Below are positions 12,601 to 20,418 of a DNA stretch of 64,000 bases, piece after piece. The stretch comes from Candidatus Altimarinota bacterium. Lineage in GTDB: Bacteria > Patescibacteriota > Gracilibacteria > 1-14-2-50-48-13. The notes under the pieces were generated by a model. That model was given only the letters and a program-made list of their open reading frames with translations, did no database searches and was not told where the DNA came from. The position numbers and the translations under genes were made by a program. The DNA lies in contig JBKBWQ010000001.1 of the NCBI GenBank assembly GCA_046314355.1, positions 1,312,001 through 1,376,000 on the forward strand, in the 5' to 3' direction. Position 1 is the first letter of the stretch; each line of letters starts with the position of its first letter.

Positions 12601-15600
12601 AACCGTTCAGGATCATGTTTACGAAACCAAGACCGCTTGTACCCGTAAGTGTGTAGATATTTGTTGCGCCACAATTCGCATCATTACATTTTACAAAGAT
12701 AATCGCACCTGCGGAATCAGCGAGAGCAAGTCTTGGGAACCCGTCAGTACCGAAAGCAATAGATCCTCTGGCATTAGAGTTCGTTACAACGATGTTATTT
12801 GTTACATTAGTAGTACATGTAATATTTGTACACTTTGTGAATATGAAATTGCCAGTACTGATATTTTTATAAAGTATCCGTGCAAATCCGTCAGATCCAA
12901 CTTCCATATTGAGATAGTATCCTGTGAATCCTGCAGATGCTACTGTAGTGATTTCAGGAGTAGTACATGCATTATCAGTACAATGAAGATATTTAAGATC
13001 TGCATTAGTAGAATCCTGGTAAGCAATGATAGGAAATCCATCGGAGCCCATCTTAATCGCTGCCATACCTGCTACTGCGGAAGCGTTATCAAGAATAGTG
13101 ATTGTTCGAATAGAACAGTCAGCATTCTGACAGAATACGTAATTGAGCTTGCTTGTATTATTGTCTGTATAGAGCAGTCTTCCAAAGCCGTCTGTACCAG
13201 TAGTCATAGCTGTATAGTACACTGATGTACTTGAGACATTGAGGTTGGTAAGGGACGCTGGAATATTGCTTCCTACAGTAAACTGTGCAGCGGTAGAGAA
13301 AGCTCCTTCAAGATTTCCTGCATCAAAGAATTTGATTCTCCAATAATACGTTTCACCTTCCATTGGCTTGATCACAGCTGCGATATCTGGAGACCGGGCA
13401 CCGATAGCAGTAGTAGTCATAGTTGTACCAGCAGATCCGCTGTCATAGACGAGACCAGTAAAGCCAGAGTCTGTAGCTACTTGAAGCTGATATTTTGATG
13501 TGCTATCTCCTGGATCGTTGTCGGCATAGACTGCGCTGAATACCACACTTCCGCTCTGTAAGCTGGATGGATTAGTCTGTCCAGACTGAGATGTAGCCGT
13601 ATGAATGTTTGCGAAAAGGTTTGTAGGTGCACTTGGAGCAATAGTTCCAGCTCCAGTAGTAAATGTAGCAGTTGAGGAGTATGTACCAGTAGCATTTGAT
13701 GAGTCTATAAAGAGAATTCTCCAATAGTACTGAGTATTGATATTAAATGTTGTAGGAACTGAGATGTCTGATGATCTTGCACCATGTGCAACGGGTGACA
13801 TATCAGTATTTCCACTATCATACACAGTGCTTGCAAAAGTGTTCACAGCTGATACCTGAAGTCGATATTTCGTTGCATTCTGTGCTTCGGGATCTGAGTT
13901 AATGGCAGAGAACACGAGGGAGCTATTGGAAATACCAGTTGGATTTGCGAGACCACTCTGTGCAGTATTAGCAGCAGTATTCACAAAGAGATTACTTGGT
14001 GAATCTGGTGCAAGATTTGTAGTTGGTCCGCAGATCGAGTTTGTACACCGTGCAAACTTAAGATCACCGTTATTATTATCATGATATGCAATCCGTGCAA
14101 ATCCATCTGATCCAGTGATTACTGAAGTCTGTACTCCAGTGAATGCTCCGGAATCAATGATTGTTTTAGTACGTGAAGAACAACTTGTATTTGAACAAAC
14201 GATAAGTCCAAGATTTCCATCAATGGGCGCAGCTGCAGCTTCAGTTATCTGTGCAAATCCATTGCTTGCGATGATAATATCTGGTCTATAAAGGAGAGAG
14301 TTTGTTGCAAGAGTATCAAGGGCAACCGTATTTAGAGTAGAACAAGTGGCATTAAGACATTCTACATATTGTAGAACATTTCCTGCTCCATGGTATACAA
14401 TTCGAGGTAGATTCGAACTATTGAGGGCAATAGCCGGAGACATATTTGCACTTGCACCTAGCGGAGATGAGAGAGTAGTAGAAGTCTTTAGAGTACAGTC
14501 TGCATTTGTACATGTTTCAAGTACTATTGTAGGTGTAGAAGTATTATTTCCGTATCTTACAATTCTTGCAAAACCGTCAGTTCCAAGGGCAAGGTCAGAA
14601 TACACACCTGATGTGGCAATCTGAGTTTTTACGTTTGTACTACAATCTGCATTTGTACACTGTACATATTTAGCTCCTCCACCTACTCCATAATAATTTA
14701 TTCGAAGAAAGTTATCAGATCCCATAGCAACTGAAGGGTACATTCCGTAACTATCAATGGAACTACTTGTTGAAGTAGTACAATCATCATTGGTACAGAT
14801 TGTAAGCCGAGGAATATTACCACTTTGTATATATACGATTCGTGCGAATCCGTCAGTACCGATAGTAATTCCTGTATTCATAGCAAGTACGCTTGTTGCC
14901 ACTTGGTTAGAAACAGAAGTGCTACAATCTGCGTTTGTACATCTAGTATATCTGAGGGCACTGTTGCTTGCGTCATAATGACTGATTCTTGCAAATCCGT
15001 CTGATCCGAGAGCAATAGAATTAAACCGTCCAACTATATTTGCCGTATCCACAGAAACTGTATTTGCACTAAAGGCACTTGCCATAGTAAAAGTTGCAGC
15101 ACTTGCTCCTGAAGGAGAGAACGCACCTATACCGCCATTTACATCAAAGAACTTAATTCTCCAGTAATAAGTAGTGCTTTCTGTTAATGACGCACTTGTA
15201 GATATATTTGCTGAACGTGCTCCTGATGCAAAATTTGTAATAGGTGTTCCTGCAGAACCTGAATCATAGATGATTGAGCTGAAGTTATCATCAGTGGCAA
15301 TCTGGATCTGGTACATGTTTGCAGCGTTACTCTCTGTATCGTTATGAATAGCTGAAAAGACAAGATTTGCTGTACCTAGGTTAGTAGGATTTGTAAGTCC
15401 GCTTTGAGCTCCGTTGGCTGCAGTATTAGCATAAAGAGTTGTTGGAGATGCAGGAGCTGAGTTTGCCGATCCACAATAATCATTGGAACACTGGATATAC
15501 TCTAGATCACCGCCCGTATTATCATAATAGGCTACTCGAGGAAATCCTGTAGGGCTTAATGCGAGCGCAGGGAACTGACCAGTGAAGCCTGTAGAATCAA

Positions 15601-18600
15601 GTACGCTTATTGATTTTGTTATACATTCTGGATCTAGACAACGTACGTAACGGAGATCGCCATTAGTAGCATCATAGTGTGTGATTCTTGGATTATCATC
15701 TTGCCCCATCTCTAGAGATGTTTGTAAACCAACTGTATTTGCCGTATCTACAGAAGAGATGATACTACTAGAACATGAAGCGTTTGTACATCGTGCAAAT
15801 TTAAGATCGCCGTTGGTAACGTCCTGATATGATATTCTTGCAAATCCATGGGTCCATATGGCAATAGATGTGTATGATCCTACATCTCCTACTGTATCCA
15901 AAGTGGTGATGCTGCTAGCAGAACATTCAGCATTAGAACATTGTGCATATTTTAGATCACCATTTGTAACATCTTTATAAGAAATCCGTGCAAATTCATC
16001 AGCACCGATGGCAATGGATGTGTGGTCACCAACATTTCCGGTTGTATCGACAGCATTAATGACACTACTAGAACATGATGTATTAAGACATTGTACGTAT
16101 TTGAGATCACCGTTTGTCACATCCTTATAGGCAATTCGTGCAAATCCATCAGCTGCTATGGTCATAGAAGTATACTGACCAACATTTCCAACTGAATCAA
16201 TAGTCGTAAGTACACTAGTAGAACATGCTGCATTCGTACACTGAGCAAACTTCAAATTCTGATTCGTTGCATCGTAATAAGAGATTCGTGCGAACCCATC
16301 TGGAGCCATTGCTATAGAAGTATAGTCACCGACTGAACCAGTACTATCTACTGTTGTTAGTGTCTTAAGTGAACATGTTGCATTGGTACACTGAGCAAAT
16401 TTTAAATCATAGTTTGTTGAGTCACGGTAACTGATACGTGAGAAGCCATCGGATGCTATGACATGTGCTGTCTGATCACCTACATTATTAGTGGAATCAA
16501 CTGTCGTCAGTAAAGGTGATAGATTTGCATTTGTTTTGAAAGAAGCTGCTGTTACACCAGATGGAGAGAATGAACCTTCACTTCCATTTGTATCCCAGAA
16601 CTTAATTCTCCAATAGTAGGTAGTATTTTCTGCAAAGGTAGCCGTTGTAGAAATATTTCCTGAACGGGCATTGTTTGAGATAGTTGAGATAGCTGTACCG
16701 GCGGCGCCGCTATCAAATACGATGGCACTGAAAGCATCATCTGTTGCTACCTGGATACGGTATTTATTTGCTGCAAGACTATCAAGAGAGCTATGAATAG
16801 CAGAAAACACTACGTTGATAGAACTTAGTGTTGTTGGGTTAGTTAACCCTGACTGTGCTCCTGTCGTGCTGATGTTTGAGAAAAGGGCAGTTGGCGCTGT
16901 TGGTGGGACACCTCCACAGGTTTTACTAATACAATGGAGCATCTTAAGATATCCTCCTCCTCTATAAATAATATTTGGAAATCCGCTGCTGTTGATATCA
17001 AGCGCTGTTGCTGAAGTTCCATTACCGCTCTCATAAGTAAGATTAGTTCTAGAAGTACAAGTGCTGTCAGAACAATACATATATTCCGCACCGTAACTGA
17101 TATGCACAGCATCATCTGCATCTATTTTCATAGAAATCGGATTTCCTCCAGTTTGTGTGCTGGCACTTGCATCGAGTGAAATAGGAGTAGATCCTGTACA
17201 AGCTGAGTTAAGACATTGGATATATTTAAGTGTACTTCCAGCAATATAGGCTATTCTTGGAAATCCATCGCTAGCGAGTGCTATAGATGAATAAGATCCT
17301 CCAAATGGAGTGGTATTATCGATAGTTGTAATATTGCTTGAAGAACAGTCGATATTGAGACATTCTGCATATTTCAATGTATACGCTCCATCTTCAATAT
17401 AAGATATTCTCGGTAAATTTGGAGTAGGCGCTGTGGAAGGTGTAAGTACCATAGAAGCCATTCTTCCAGTAAATCCTGTGGATTCTATTGTTGTTCTTAC
17501 CTTTGTGCTACATGTATCATTTGTACATCGTGCAAACTCAAGATCGGCACTTCCGCCGTCTCTATAGACAATACGTGCAAAGCCATCTGTTCCAATTTCC
17601 ATATCGTGCTCTGAACCTACACCTATACCTGAATCCACTGCGGTACTAGTCTTAGTTGAACAGTCCGCTGCAGTACATTTTATAAAGTAGAGAGTTGTAT
17701 TTGTTTGATTATAGGAAGTGATTCTAGGAAATCCATCTAGTCCCATTGCAATGTTATTACTTGGTCCAGCACTTGTGCCATCTCCTCCATCTAGGATAAG
17801 AGGAGTTGTTTTTTGTGAACAAGAGAGGTTCAGACACTGTGTATATTTCAAATCCTGAGCACTTGGATCATAGTATGCGATTCTGCTGAATCCTGAGCTA
17901 TCTAATGCAATAGACATGACAGGAGATAATGTTCCTCCTGAAATCATGTTATCTACAACACTGATTGTTGGTGCAACATCCTGTGCGATCGTGAAAGTAG
18001 CAGCACTTGATCCTGATGGAGAGAATACCCCTTCAGTTCCATTAATATCCCAGAATTTCACTCTCCAATAATAAGGAGTGCCTACGGAAAGTACATGAGC
18101 AGTTGAGGGTCTAAGATTTGAAGATCTTGCTCCCTCTGCAGCTGAGGTTGTTTCACCAGCGGCTCCTGTGTCAAAGACGATAGTATTAAAGGCGTTATCT
18201 GTTGCAATCTGTATGCGGTATTTATTTGCAGCTTCTCCTTCTGCGTCATTATGTATAGCTGAGAAAGCGAGTTGAATTGAAGCAAGATTAGTGGGGTTGA
18301 CATTACCTGTCTGAGCACCCGTATAACTTGTATTTACGAAAAGTGATGTAGGACTAGATGGTCCTGATGTAGGAGAACAATTTATATCTCCACACTTAGT
18401 GAACCGTAGATCTCCATTAGTGAGATCATAATGAAGGATCTGCGGAATTCCTGTTGAATCAACTGAGATAGAAGGATAAAGACCCACATTATTTGTTGTT
18501 TCAATTGAATTTGTATTTGCACTTCCACATGCATCACTACTACATACTGCATATCGTAGATCTCCGTTTGTCTGATCATAGTATGCAATGATTGGGATTC

Positions 18601-19549
18601 CACCTTGTCCGATAGTAATTGAGCTATAGTTAAGAGCATTTCCTGTAGCTTCAACTGTTGAGGTAGTAGGCGTTGTACAAGCACTATCAGTACATTTTAC
18701 ATATTTTAAATTATTGCTAGCTGAATCTACGTATGAAATTCTTACAAATCCATCGGTACCAGTGGTCATACTATACGAAGTAGAATAACTAGTCGTTGCG
18801 ATAGTGGCAGTAGTATTTCCTGATGAACATGTTGTATTTCCACACTGTAGATACTTGATTGAAGTATCTGACGTATTGTAGTAAAGGATTCGAGGATTGC
18901 TGCTTGCATCCATATTCATGAATGTTGGAGCTGTCCCAACAGTACCTGTGTTAACAATAGTACTTACTGTATTACCACTGTTACATGCAGCTACACCACA
19001 TCTTATAAATTTTAGATTATTATTTGTTGAATCAATATATGCGATTCGTGCAAAAATGTCAGAAGAGGCAATAGCTATTGATGGATATTTTCCTACATCC
19101 CCTACCATATCTAGAGTAGTAATAGTATTAGCTCCATTACAACCGACAGCTCCACATCTTAGATATTTTAAATTCGTATTCGTCTGATCATAATAGACCA
19201 TACGTAAAAGATTGTCAGAAGGCTGTACGAAAGATGGATATTTACCTACATCCCCTGTAGTATCCAGCGTAAAGTTAAACGGCAAAGGTGATGTACATCG
19301 TGTGTTACTACATGTACCAAATTTTAGATCACCTCCACTAACTCCGTAATAAACATATCTTGCAAATCCTGATGAATCGACTTGTAGAAATGGAAATTGA
19401 CCTACATCAGCGGTCGAATCTATGGCGGTATTGCCGTAAGCCAACGCTGAATTAATCATCTTTGCGAAGAAAGAGAAATTCCATACGCTGAGGGAAATTA
19501 CGAGGATTCCTAGCACAGTAAAGAGATTTCTTTTGTTTTTGTGTGTCAT
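626..19549 (-). CDS. giant (6307 aa) secreted, C-terminally anchored surface protein/adhesin: 7 propeller-like units, Fn3-like and Ig-like domains, TSP3-like Ca-binding repeats
   Basis: Uninterrupted 18.9-kb ORF; N-terminal signal/TM; 49 D-x4-G...G..RI.Y...C-x4-C blades; 18 YYWRIKFWD-type domains; DxDxDG repeats; C-terminal TM followed by WWRRDKRKK. Confidence 0.92.
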   Translation of the reverse strand: MTHKNKRNLFTVLGILVISLSVWNFSFFAKMINSALAYGNTAIDSTADVGQFPFLQVDSSGFARYVYYGVSGGDLKFGTCSNTRCTSPLPFNFTLDTTGDVGKYPSFVQPSDNLLRMVYYDQTNTNLKYLRCGAVGCNGANTITTLDMVGDVGKYPSIAIASSDIFARIAYIDSTNNNLKFIRCGVAACNSGNTVSTIVNTGTVGTAPTFMNMDASSNPRILYYNTSDTSIKYLQCGNTTCSSGNTTATIATTSYSTSYSMTTGTDGFVRISYVDSASNNLKYVKCTDSACTTPTTSTVEATGNALNYSSITIGQGGIPIIAYYDQTNGDLRYAVCSSDACGSANTNSIETTNNVGLYPSISVDSTGIPQILHYDLTNGDLRFTKCGDINCSPTSGPSSPTSLFVNTSYTGAQTGNVNPTNLASIQLAFSAIHNDAEGEAANKYRIQIATDNAFNTIVFDTGAAGETTSAAEGARSSNLRPSTAHVLSVGTPYYWRVKFWDINGTEGVFSPSGSSAATFTIAQDVAPTISVVDNMISGGTLSPVMSIALDSSGFSRIAYYDPSAQDLKYTQCLNLSCSQKTTPLILDGGDGTSAGPSNNIAMGLDGFPRITSYNQTNTTLYFIKCTAADCSTKTSTAVDSGIGVGSEHDMEIGTDGFARIVYRDGGSADLEFARCTNDTCSTKVRTTIESTGFTGRMASMVLTPSTAPTPNLPRISYIEDGAYTLKYAECLNIDCSSSNITTIDNTTPFGGSYSSIALASDGFPRIAYIAGSTLKYIQCLNSACTGSTPISLDASASTQTGGNPISMKIDADDAVHISYGAEYMYCSDSTCTSRTNLTYESGNGTSATALDINSSGFPNIIYRGGGYLKMLHCISKTCGGVPPTAPTALFSNISTTGAQSGLTNPTTLSSINVVFSAIHSSLDSLAANKYRIQVATDDAFSAIVFDSGAAGTAISTISNNARSGNISTTATFAENTTYYWRIKFWDTNGSEGSFSPSGVTAASFKTNANLSPLLTTVDSTNNVGDQTAHVIASDGFSRISYRDSTNYDLKFAQCTNATCSLKTLTTVDSTGSVGDYTSIAMAPDGFARISYYDATNQNLKFAQCTNAACSTSVLTTIDSVGNVGQYTSMTIAADGFARIAYKDVTNGDLKYVQCLNTSCSSSVINAVDTTGNVGDHTSIAIGADEFARISYKDVTNGDLKYAQCSNAECSASSITTLDTVGDVGSYTSIAIWTHGFARISYQDVTNGDLKFARCTNASCSSSIISSVDTANTVGLQTSLEMGQDDNPRITHYDATNGDLRYVRCLDPECITKSISVLDSTGFTGQFPALALSPTGFPRVAYYDNTGGDLEYIQCSNDYCGSANSAPASPTTLYANTAANGAQSGLTNPTNLGTANLVFSAIHNDTESNAANMYQIQIATDDNFSSIIYDSGSAGTPITNFASGARSANISTSASLTESTTYYWRIKFFDVNGGIGAFSPSGASAATFTMASAFSANTVSVDTANIVGRFNSIALGSDGFARISHYDASNSALRYTRCTNADCSTSVSNQVATSVLAMNTGITIGTDGFARIVYIQSGNIPRLTICTNDDCTTSTSSSIDSYGMYPSVAMGSDNFLRINYYGVGGGAKYVQCTNADCSTNVKTQIATSGVYSDLALGTDGFARIVRYGNNTSTPTIVLETCTNADCTLKTSTTLSSPLGASANMSPAIALNSSNLPRIVYHGAGNVLQYVECLNATCSTLNTVALDTLATNSLLYRPDIIIASNGFAQITEAAAAPIDGNLGLIVCSNTSCSSRTKTIIDSGAFTGVQTSVITGSDGFARIAYHDNNNGDLKFARCTNSICGPTTNLAPDSPSNLFVNTAANTAQSGLANPTGISNSSLVFSAINSDPEAQNATKYRLQVSAVNTFASTVYDSGNTDMSPVAHGARSSDISVPTTFNINTQYYWRILFIDSSNATGTYSSTATFTTGAGTIAPSAPTNLFANIHTATSQSGQTNPSSLQSGSVVFSAVYADNDPGDSTSKYQLQVATDSGFTGLVYDSGSAGTTMTTTAIGARSPDIAAVIKPMEGETYYWRIKFFDAGNLEGAFSTAAQFTVGSNIPASLTNLNVSSTSVYYTAMTTGTDGFGRLLYTDNNTSKLNYVFCQNADCSIRTITILDNASAVAGMAAIKMGSDGFPIIAYQDSTNADLKYLHCTDNACTTPEITTVASAGFTGYYLNMEVGSDGFARILYKNISTGNFIFTKCTNITCTTNVTNNIVVTNSNARGSIAFGTDGFPRLALADSAGAIIFVKCNDANCGATNIYTLTGTSGLGFVNMILNGSNLPFMVFESNTAPYSLRSATCTVADCSTFDYRALDTMSNPATFIYGGIAKGTDGFAKFSYVSSAGNLRYTSCLSFSCDTRQTSQIDASTGAYRSSFTLAPDGFPRFMYSVSSNTARYARCTNSTCGTPLNITPDSPTDLYINTQANGAQSGSVNPTGLANTNLTVSAVYHDPDINTSNKYRVQFSTVSNFASTVYDNTSSGTFMPSLANNARSANLDIPFTFNINTTYYWRIAFIDSGNATSAYSATAQFTTGSGTIPPTAPTSLYSNTHVATAQSGLTNPSSLQSGSVVFSALYNDTDPGDTATKYQIQVATDSGFTGLVYDSGSAGTTMTAVNAGSRSSDIAAVIKPMEGETYYWRIKFFDAGNLEGAFSAAAQFTIGSNLNPSITSLGGTTNPYGIALGSDGFPRYLSANSPGFKYTRCQNADCSLKVTTILDSAVSVGAADIVLGTGDVPFIAYQDSSNADLKYIKCTNADCTTTAGTTVAATGFTGYYIRMALGNDNLPRILYVNSSNSSYEYTRCVNDTCTTSIATTLPGTMGSVRGGMQIAADGFPRIAVIRSGNALTYMKCTDANCTSPTTQVIAGVTAVDYANLVLDGSDIPFIVTRSNTNSIMGIKCSNVDCSTSTSIALDTQNNPATTLAVGIANGTDGFPKITYSDGGYVPRYIACLSANCSSRTKSTVDAAAFSTQSGLKIAADGFARILYTKAARCTNATCGTTINLTPEAPTTPYINTAANTAQSGLINPTSISNTNLVVSAVHNDPDLGNANKYRVQFSTVNNFASTVYDNGAAGTSLTSFASNTRSSDIAVPYSFSVNTTYYWRIKFWDVSNAEGAYSATQQFTTGNGTNAPTAPTALYSNTNITTAQSGQTNPTNLQSASVAFSAVYNDADSGDIAAKYRIQLATDNAFSDIVYDAGAAGTAFTTPPTSGNRSQDMFAAYKPMEGQTLYWRVSFIDAGGLASPFSAGASFNIGTAIPASLTTVTGFTSGTPVMVKGADGFGRIVGLGTTVSYVRCLNDDCSLKKTTSVDATAGSNNYTQLIMGSDGFARIYYQSNNGGNTALRLARCTDEDCSAPVITNIRTGVGGANAVGYGNSMVLSASDIPTFVSTNIGANILEYITCSNQDCTSPTINTVNTAGGGVGMVKTLLTTSTGTHKIVYVNNAQKVAIIDCANPTCSAAVPVVLTDTAGVGGDSTLNVRLDPSDRLHLTYETGNADGGFIMYYRCTDSACTSSTRMPIDRFTNMASSYTEGFDFGADGFARISYHYNGTSLRYATCTNADCSNRTISTIDAAAGSGYRSSLFIGQDDLPRITYARSGGIRFARCTAQNCGSTENIGPNAPENVFVNTQANTAQTGSLTPTVLNSNALAVSALYKDINGNAASKYRLVIAADTTFYYSVVYDSGINGIAFASPVASGTRTPDILVSPTLTPNTTYYVMLQFWDDANNKGFSVPLHSSFTLPFNYIVNQSPTAPDVLFANTAAATAQTGITNPTNLNSTNIVFSAKYHDPDADAASKYRLQVSTDNTFATTLYDSGSTGTAITVADNARTADLAPAITYTNGSQYYWRIKFWDINNLEGAFSTTAQFSVQTNQAPTSPSGLYSNTVAETAQAGVVNPTSLTTMDLAFSAIHNDPDSDNATKYQLQISSDQNFTSTIYDSGSGGTLLALPLANGDRTPDITIPTTAFDENTTYYWRIKFWDTTDSAGAFSPSGVSAAYFTFNRAPLAPNGLFANRSDEGAQSGYTDPTLNSMNVSFSALHHDVDSDTATKYRLQISTVSNFASTIYDNGAAGTAFVTPVADNERTPDINPTVSYTDYTTYYWRIKTWDSHDKEGAYSAANTFTIQVNGAPSAPDGLYTNSVSETAQSGLSTPTLDTTNLAFSAVYHDPEGEDATKYRLMIASDAAFTSIMHDSGAAGTALASPLADNTRTPDFAPILAYSNYTTYYWKIKFWDTNDLEGAFSTTNTFRIESDLPPTDLFVNTQAAGAQTGLTDPEQLNSLNVVFSAISHDVEADQAVAYRIQVGTDSGLSTMIYDSGAAGTTLGSPVLDDGRSEDISIGMTLTDATTYYWRIQFKDSTGFWSTYSPVHPFTIGLNQAPTAPTTPYVNDSVTGAQSNYTNPTDLSSSSLAFSAIYNDVNTGDKAAYYQLQIATVSDFSTTTYDSGKASLPSQVTAGQRTGDILPGIYQPDHETTYYWRMKLWDDELPDGTEGPYTAAQSFFIPDHDAPAFEGTSTPEDGDVGVIPATPLVFDLADVLTNLSLSSFQVSLDSTPVIINGMCQTGFTCNITQSDSKRLHAEIQPDTALALNTTYSLHVSIRDTATSPNIFNGDITFTTQTAPGAPATLYANTQTEGSQAGLVNPFSLNETDVVVSAVHTDPGSYEATDYQVQLSTVNDFSTIDYDSGSTGTPLTSSLAAGSRSEDIAIPVTLLDNTTYFWRIRFFTTAGPSEYSNASFHISLNSTPTAPVDLYVNTAADGAQTGEVDPTDLANPDVVFSAVFSDPDGTDTASKYRLQIATDDQFVDLVYDNGSAGSTLAMLMPREVPTLVASTSWMPVAPRLAILIADVVTNGSRTEDITITPTTLAYDIEYFWRIKFWDDNGSEGPFSDPAAHFRAPDIYPPVMGATTPVHNSSAAPLRSSVSIPLTDAETGLDATTLNVIVNGTPAIVNGMCQPTFDCASTNIANGVTVGFTPSFDYPYATTIVVEVNVQDLAATPNTLDTSFSFTTMPQPPVLGGGGGSSGTPSAPGNENENELHNAANQNTIPAANVNNHNITNDANYQNANIPPQSNMTMPNSNNPAGLVNSNTGTLANLNANPGNSNGGYTPLPTNTNSSTTPLPPTTPGIPSSVIGTPAVGSTLSHAPVCSIIGGLTFCHSDPAPKDNAAAVAALTCPAAVTGMKATPTTNSLFVSWTPSGSVNANGQLVTVTSGNHESTAVSLGKDTSGILLSDLNAGTKYTVKVVTTNSSGIACPESIAYGTFTTLTIDQEEPEEPKEEDDDVCIKSSGSSQTSCVPMPQKPASTGGTTCGLPARDMRAATPTKYIKVNNLENVSVGNSCSEDVRYAVPVNWKGSDTKTLANQIMYLSKGGQTSEGIILGSYPDRIFLYDLDKDSTFHIKIVGVAEDGSPCKESTIEMDIRTPGDDQCTVGDPGNIEGIEELTKKGVADVDGGSCGDLLTQYGQDSDQFKQCIYGSALETIKQSGGDIYDGGSCYMSNGEYYCVGIGGGGRLYGGGSGYGGGSGGAGSGAGGILGGGSGTLGGPGEQCIPGDPIAGTTDTVLVPRYIDFPQPDRDICVVVSPTFQFCGRFPMPPLHILVGYDTITTTTSGGDACTPPTKNTNINAVEPIVDVPESETQAENDKDVDVVTERGGSYCPVPGYNLTIPAEDRDRDKDGLPDASDSDIDNDGIINREDSFPFDARYSIDLDQDCIPDEIDNCPTVPNPDQRDSLGNGIGDACRIKKPLKASASECTLTIEPVLSEADDDKIDTFTYPDIEELRIGEITYTTVEEKADKPLVVPETITLTSLLPESATDTDGNGLSDAWEKMYFNQIGIASPNKDADKDGLTDGEESRIGTNPSDADTDGDGLSDYDEVIKFHTDPKNQDSDADGLSDGLEVKKYKTNPLTIDTDKDGFSDGQEVLSSNTDPLDKQNYPADFDGDGIDDAWVRKYFPNDLDENGLFKKSAAVTLGTRDTDGDGTSDALEYFYGTNPLIKDTDGDGISDGEEVLDLGTDPLVPNDGKAPKVMKFTNLNSGDISTSANILVKGVTAHPNTVVAVYMQPTGSKELFFLGSVTTDDQGKFLLMTPDLDNGSYTIYAAVKDSAGNLIQETSGISVIVDQTIELPVPSVTHLDDHKILPNEQTSKSALVTTTSAQPVVRGEALYDSIVELTFRSLIFSSSLIADTPQANFATKAPRELEFGDHTVYLTAENTKLHLKSTTTTFPFKRVETTALKASAGDNPFDNLWFNLGLLAIATSLTGYIWWRRDKRKKEAALSRSL

Positions 19550-19675
19550 AAATGTGTTTTTGGGGATATGCCTTCTTATCAGTATACATCAACTACCTCT
19601 ATTTTTCAAAAAAAACCTTTCCTAGACGTTGCAAAAAAACTCGATTATACTTTCCGTACATTTTTATATTTACTT

Positions 19676-20248
19676 ATGGATATGCTCGAAGAACAAATAT
19701 TTACTATTTTTGACACAGAGACTACAGGTTTTAATGCGCAAAGTGGAGATAAGATTATTGAGATCGCTGCTATAAAGATGCAGGGAGGGAAGATCATTGA
19801 AGGACAGACCTTTGATATGCTGGTAAACCCTGAGAGAGCTATTCCTTTTGAATCTACTCAGGTAAATAAAATCACAGATGATATGGTCAAAGATGCTCCT
19901 ACTATTGGATTGGTACTTCCACAGTTTATGGATTTCATAGGTGATAGTATTCTTGTGGCACATAATGCTGAGTTTGATATGGCTTTCTTAAATGAAGCCT
20001 TATTCATGACAAATCCTTTTGCACAAGCTCCAGAAGCTATTTGTACAAAGATTCTTTCAAGAAAACTAAATCCCAATGAAAAGTTTCATAATCTCGATAC
20101 TCTTACCTATAGATACAAGATTGAAGCTCCTGCAGAAGGACGCCACCGTGCTCTGACAGATGTATATATGCTCGCGAAAGTTTTTGAAAAATTACTAGAA
20201 GAAGCGAGAGTGACGACGGTGGATGAACTGAAAAAATTAGCGAGGTAA
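19676..20248 (+). CDS. DEDDh 3'-5' exonuclease (DnaQ/PolC-exonuclease-like)
   Basis: Motifs IFDTETTG, LVAHNAEFD, HRALTD; start moved to ATG 19676 to avoid overlapping the giant gene start. Confidence 0.9.
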   Translation: MDMLEEQIFTIFDTETTGFNAQSGDKIIEIAAIKMQGGKIIEGQTFDMLVNPERAIPFESTQVNKITDDMVKDAPTIGLVLPQFMDFIGDSILVAHNAEFDMAFLNEALFMTNPFAQAPEAICTKILSRKLNPNEKFHNLDTLTYRYKIEAPAEGRHRALTDVYMLAKVFEKLLEEARVTTVDELKKLAR

Positions 20249-20250
20249 CA

Positions 20251-20408
20251 GTTATTGCGGCTCGCTAATTGGACTCAATAATTAGGGCTCACATAATTAA
20301 CTAATTGAGCTCAATGATCGCAGCCCAATTAAGAGCCCTTAATGATTGAGCCTAATGATAAGAGCCTAATAACGTGCGCCCAATTACCGAGCCCCTTTAC
20401 TTCCTTAC
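20251..20408. repeat. degenerate ~13-14-nt TAATT-GGGCTC / GAGCCC-AATTA inverted array
   Basis: Left units oriented ...AATTNGGGCTC and right units GAGCCYAAT..., pivoting on AATTGAGCTCAAT; an inverted copy lies at 45465-45545. Confidence 0.75.
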
Positions 20409-20418
20409 CTCCCCCTCC

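Noticed and set aside
1320-19187. Dozens of 60-120-aa ORFs overlapping the giant gene
   Set aside because: Shadow ORFs in alternative frames or antisense of a repetitive CDS; no recognisable motifs
626-19549. Diversity-generating retroelement target
   Set aside because: No reverse transcriptase and no template/variable repeat pair differing only at adenines seen in the window
20251-20408. Possible CRISPR array
   Set aside because: Units are short, degenerate and inverted, with no unique spacers and no cas genes
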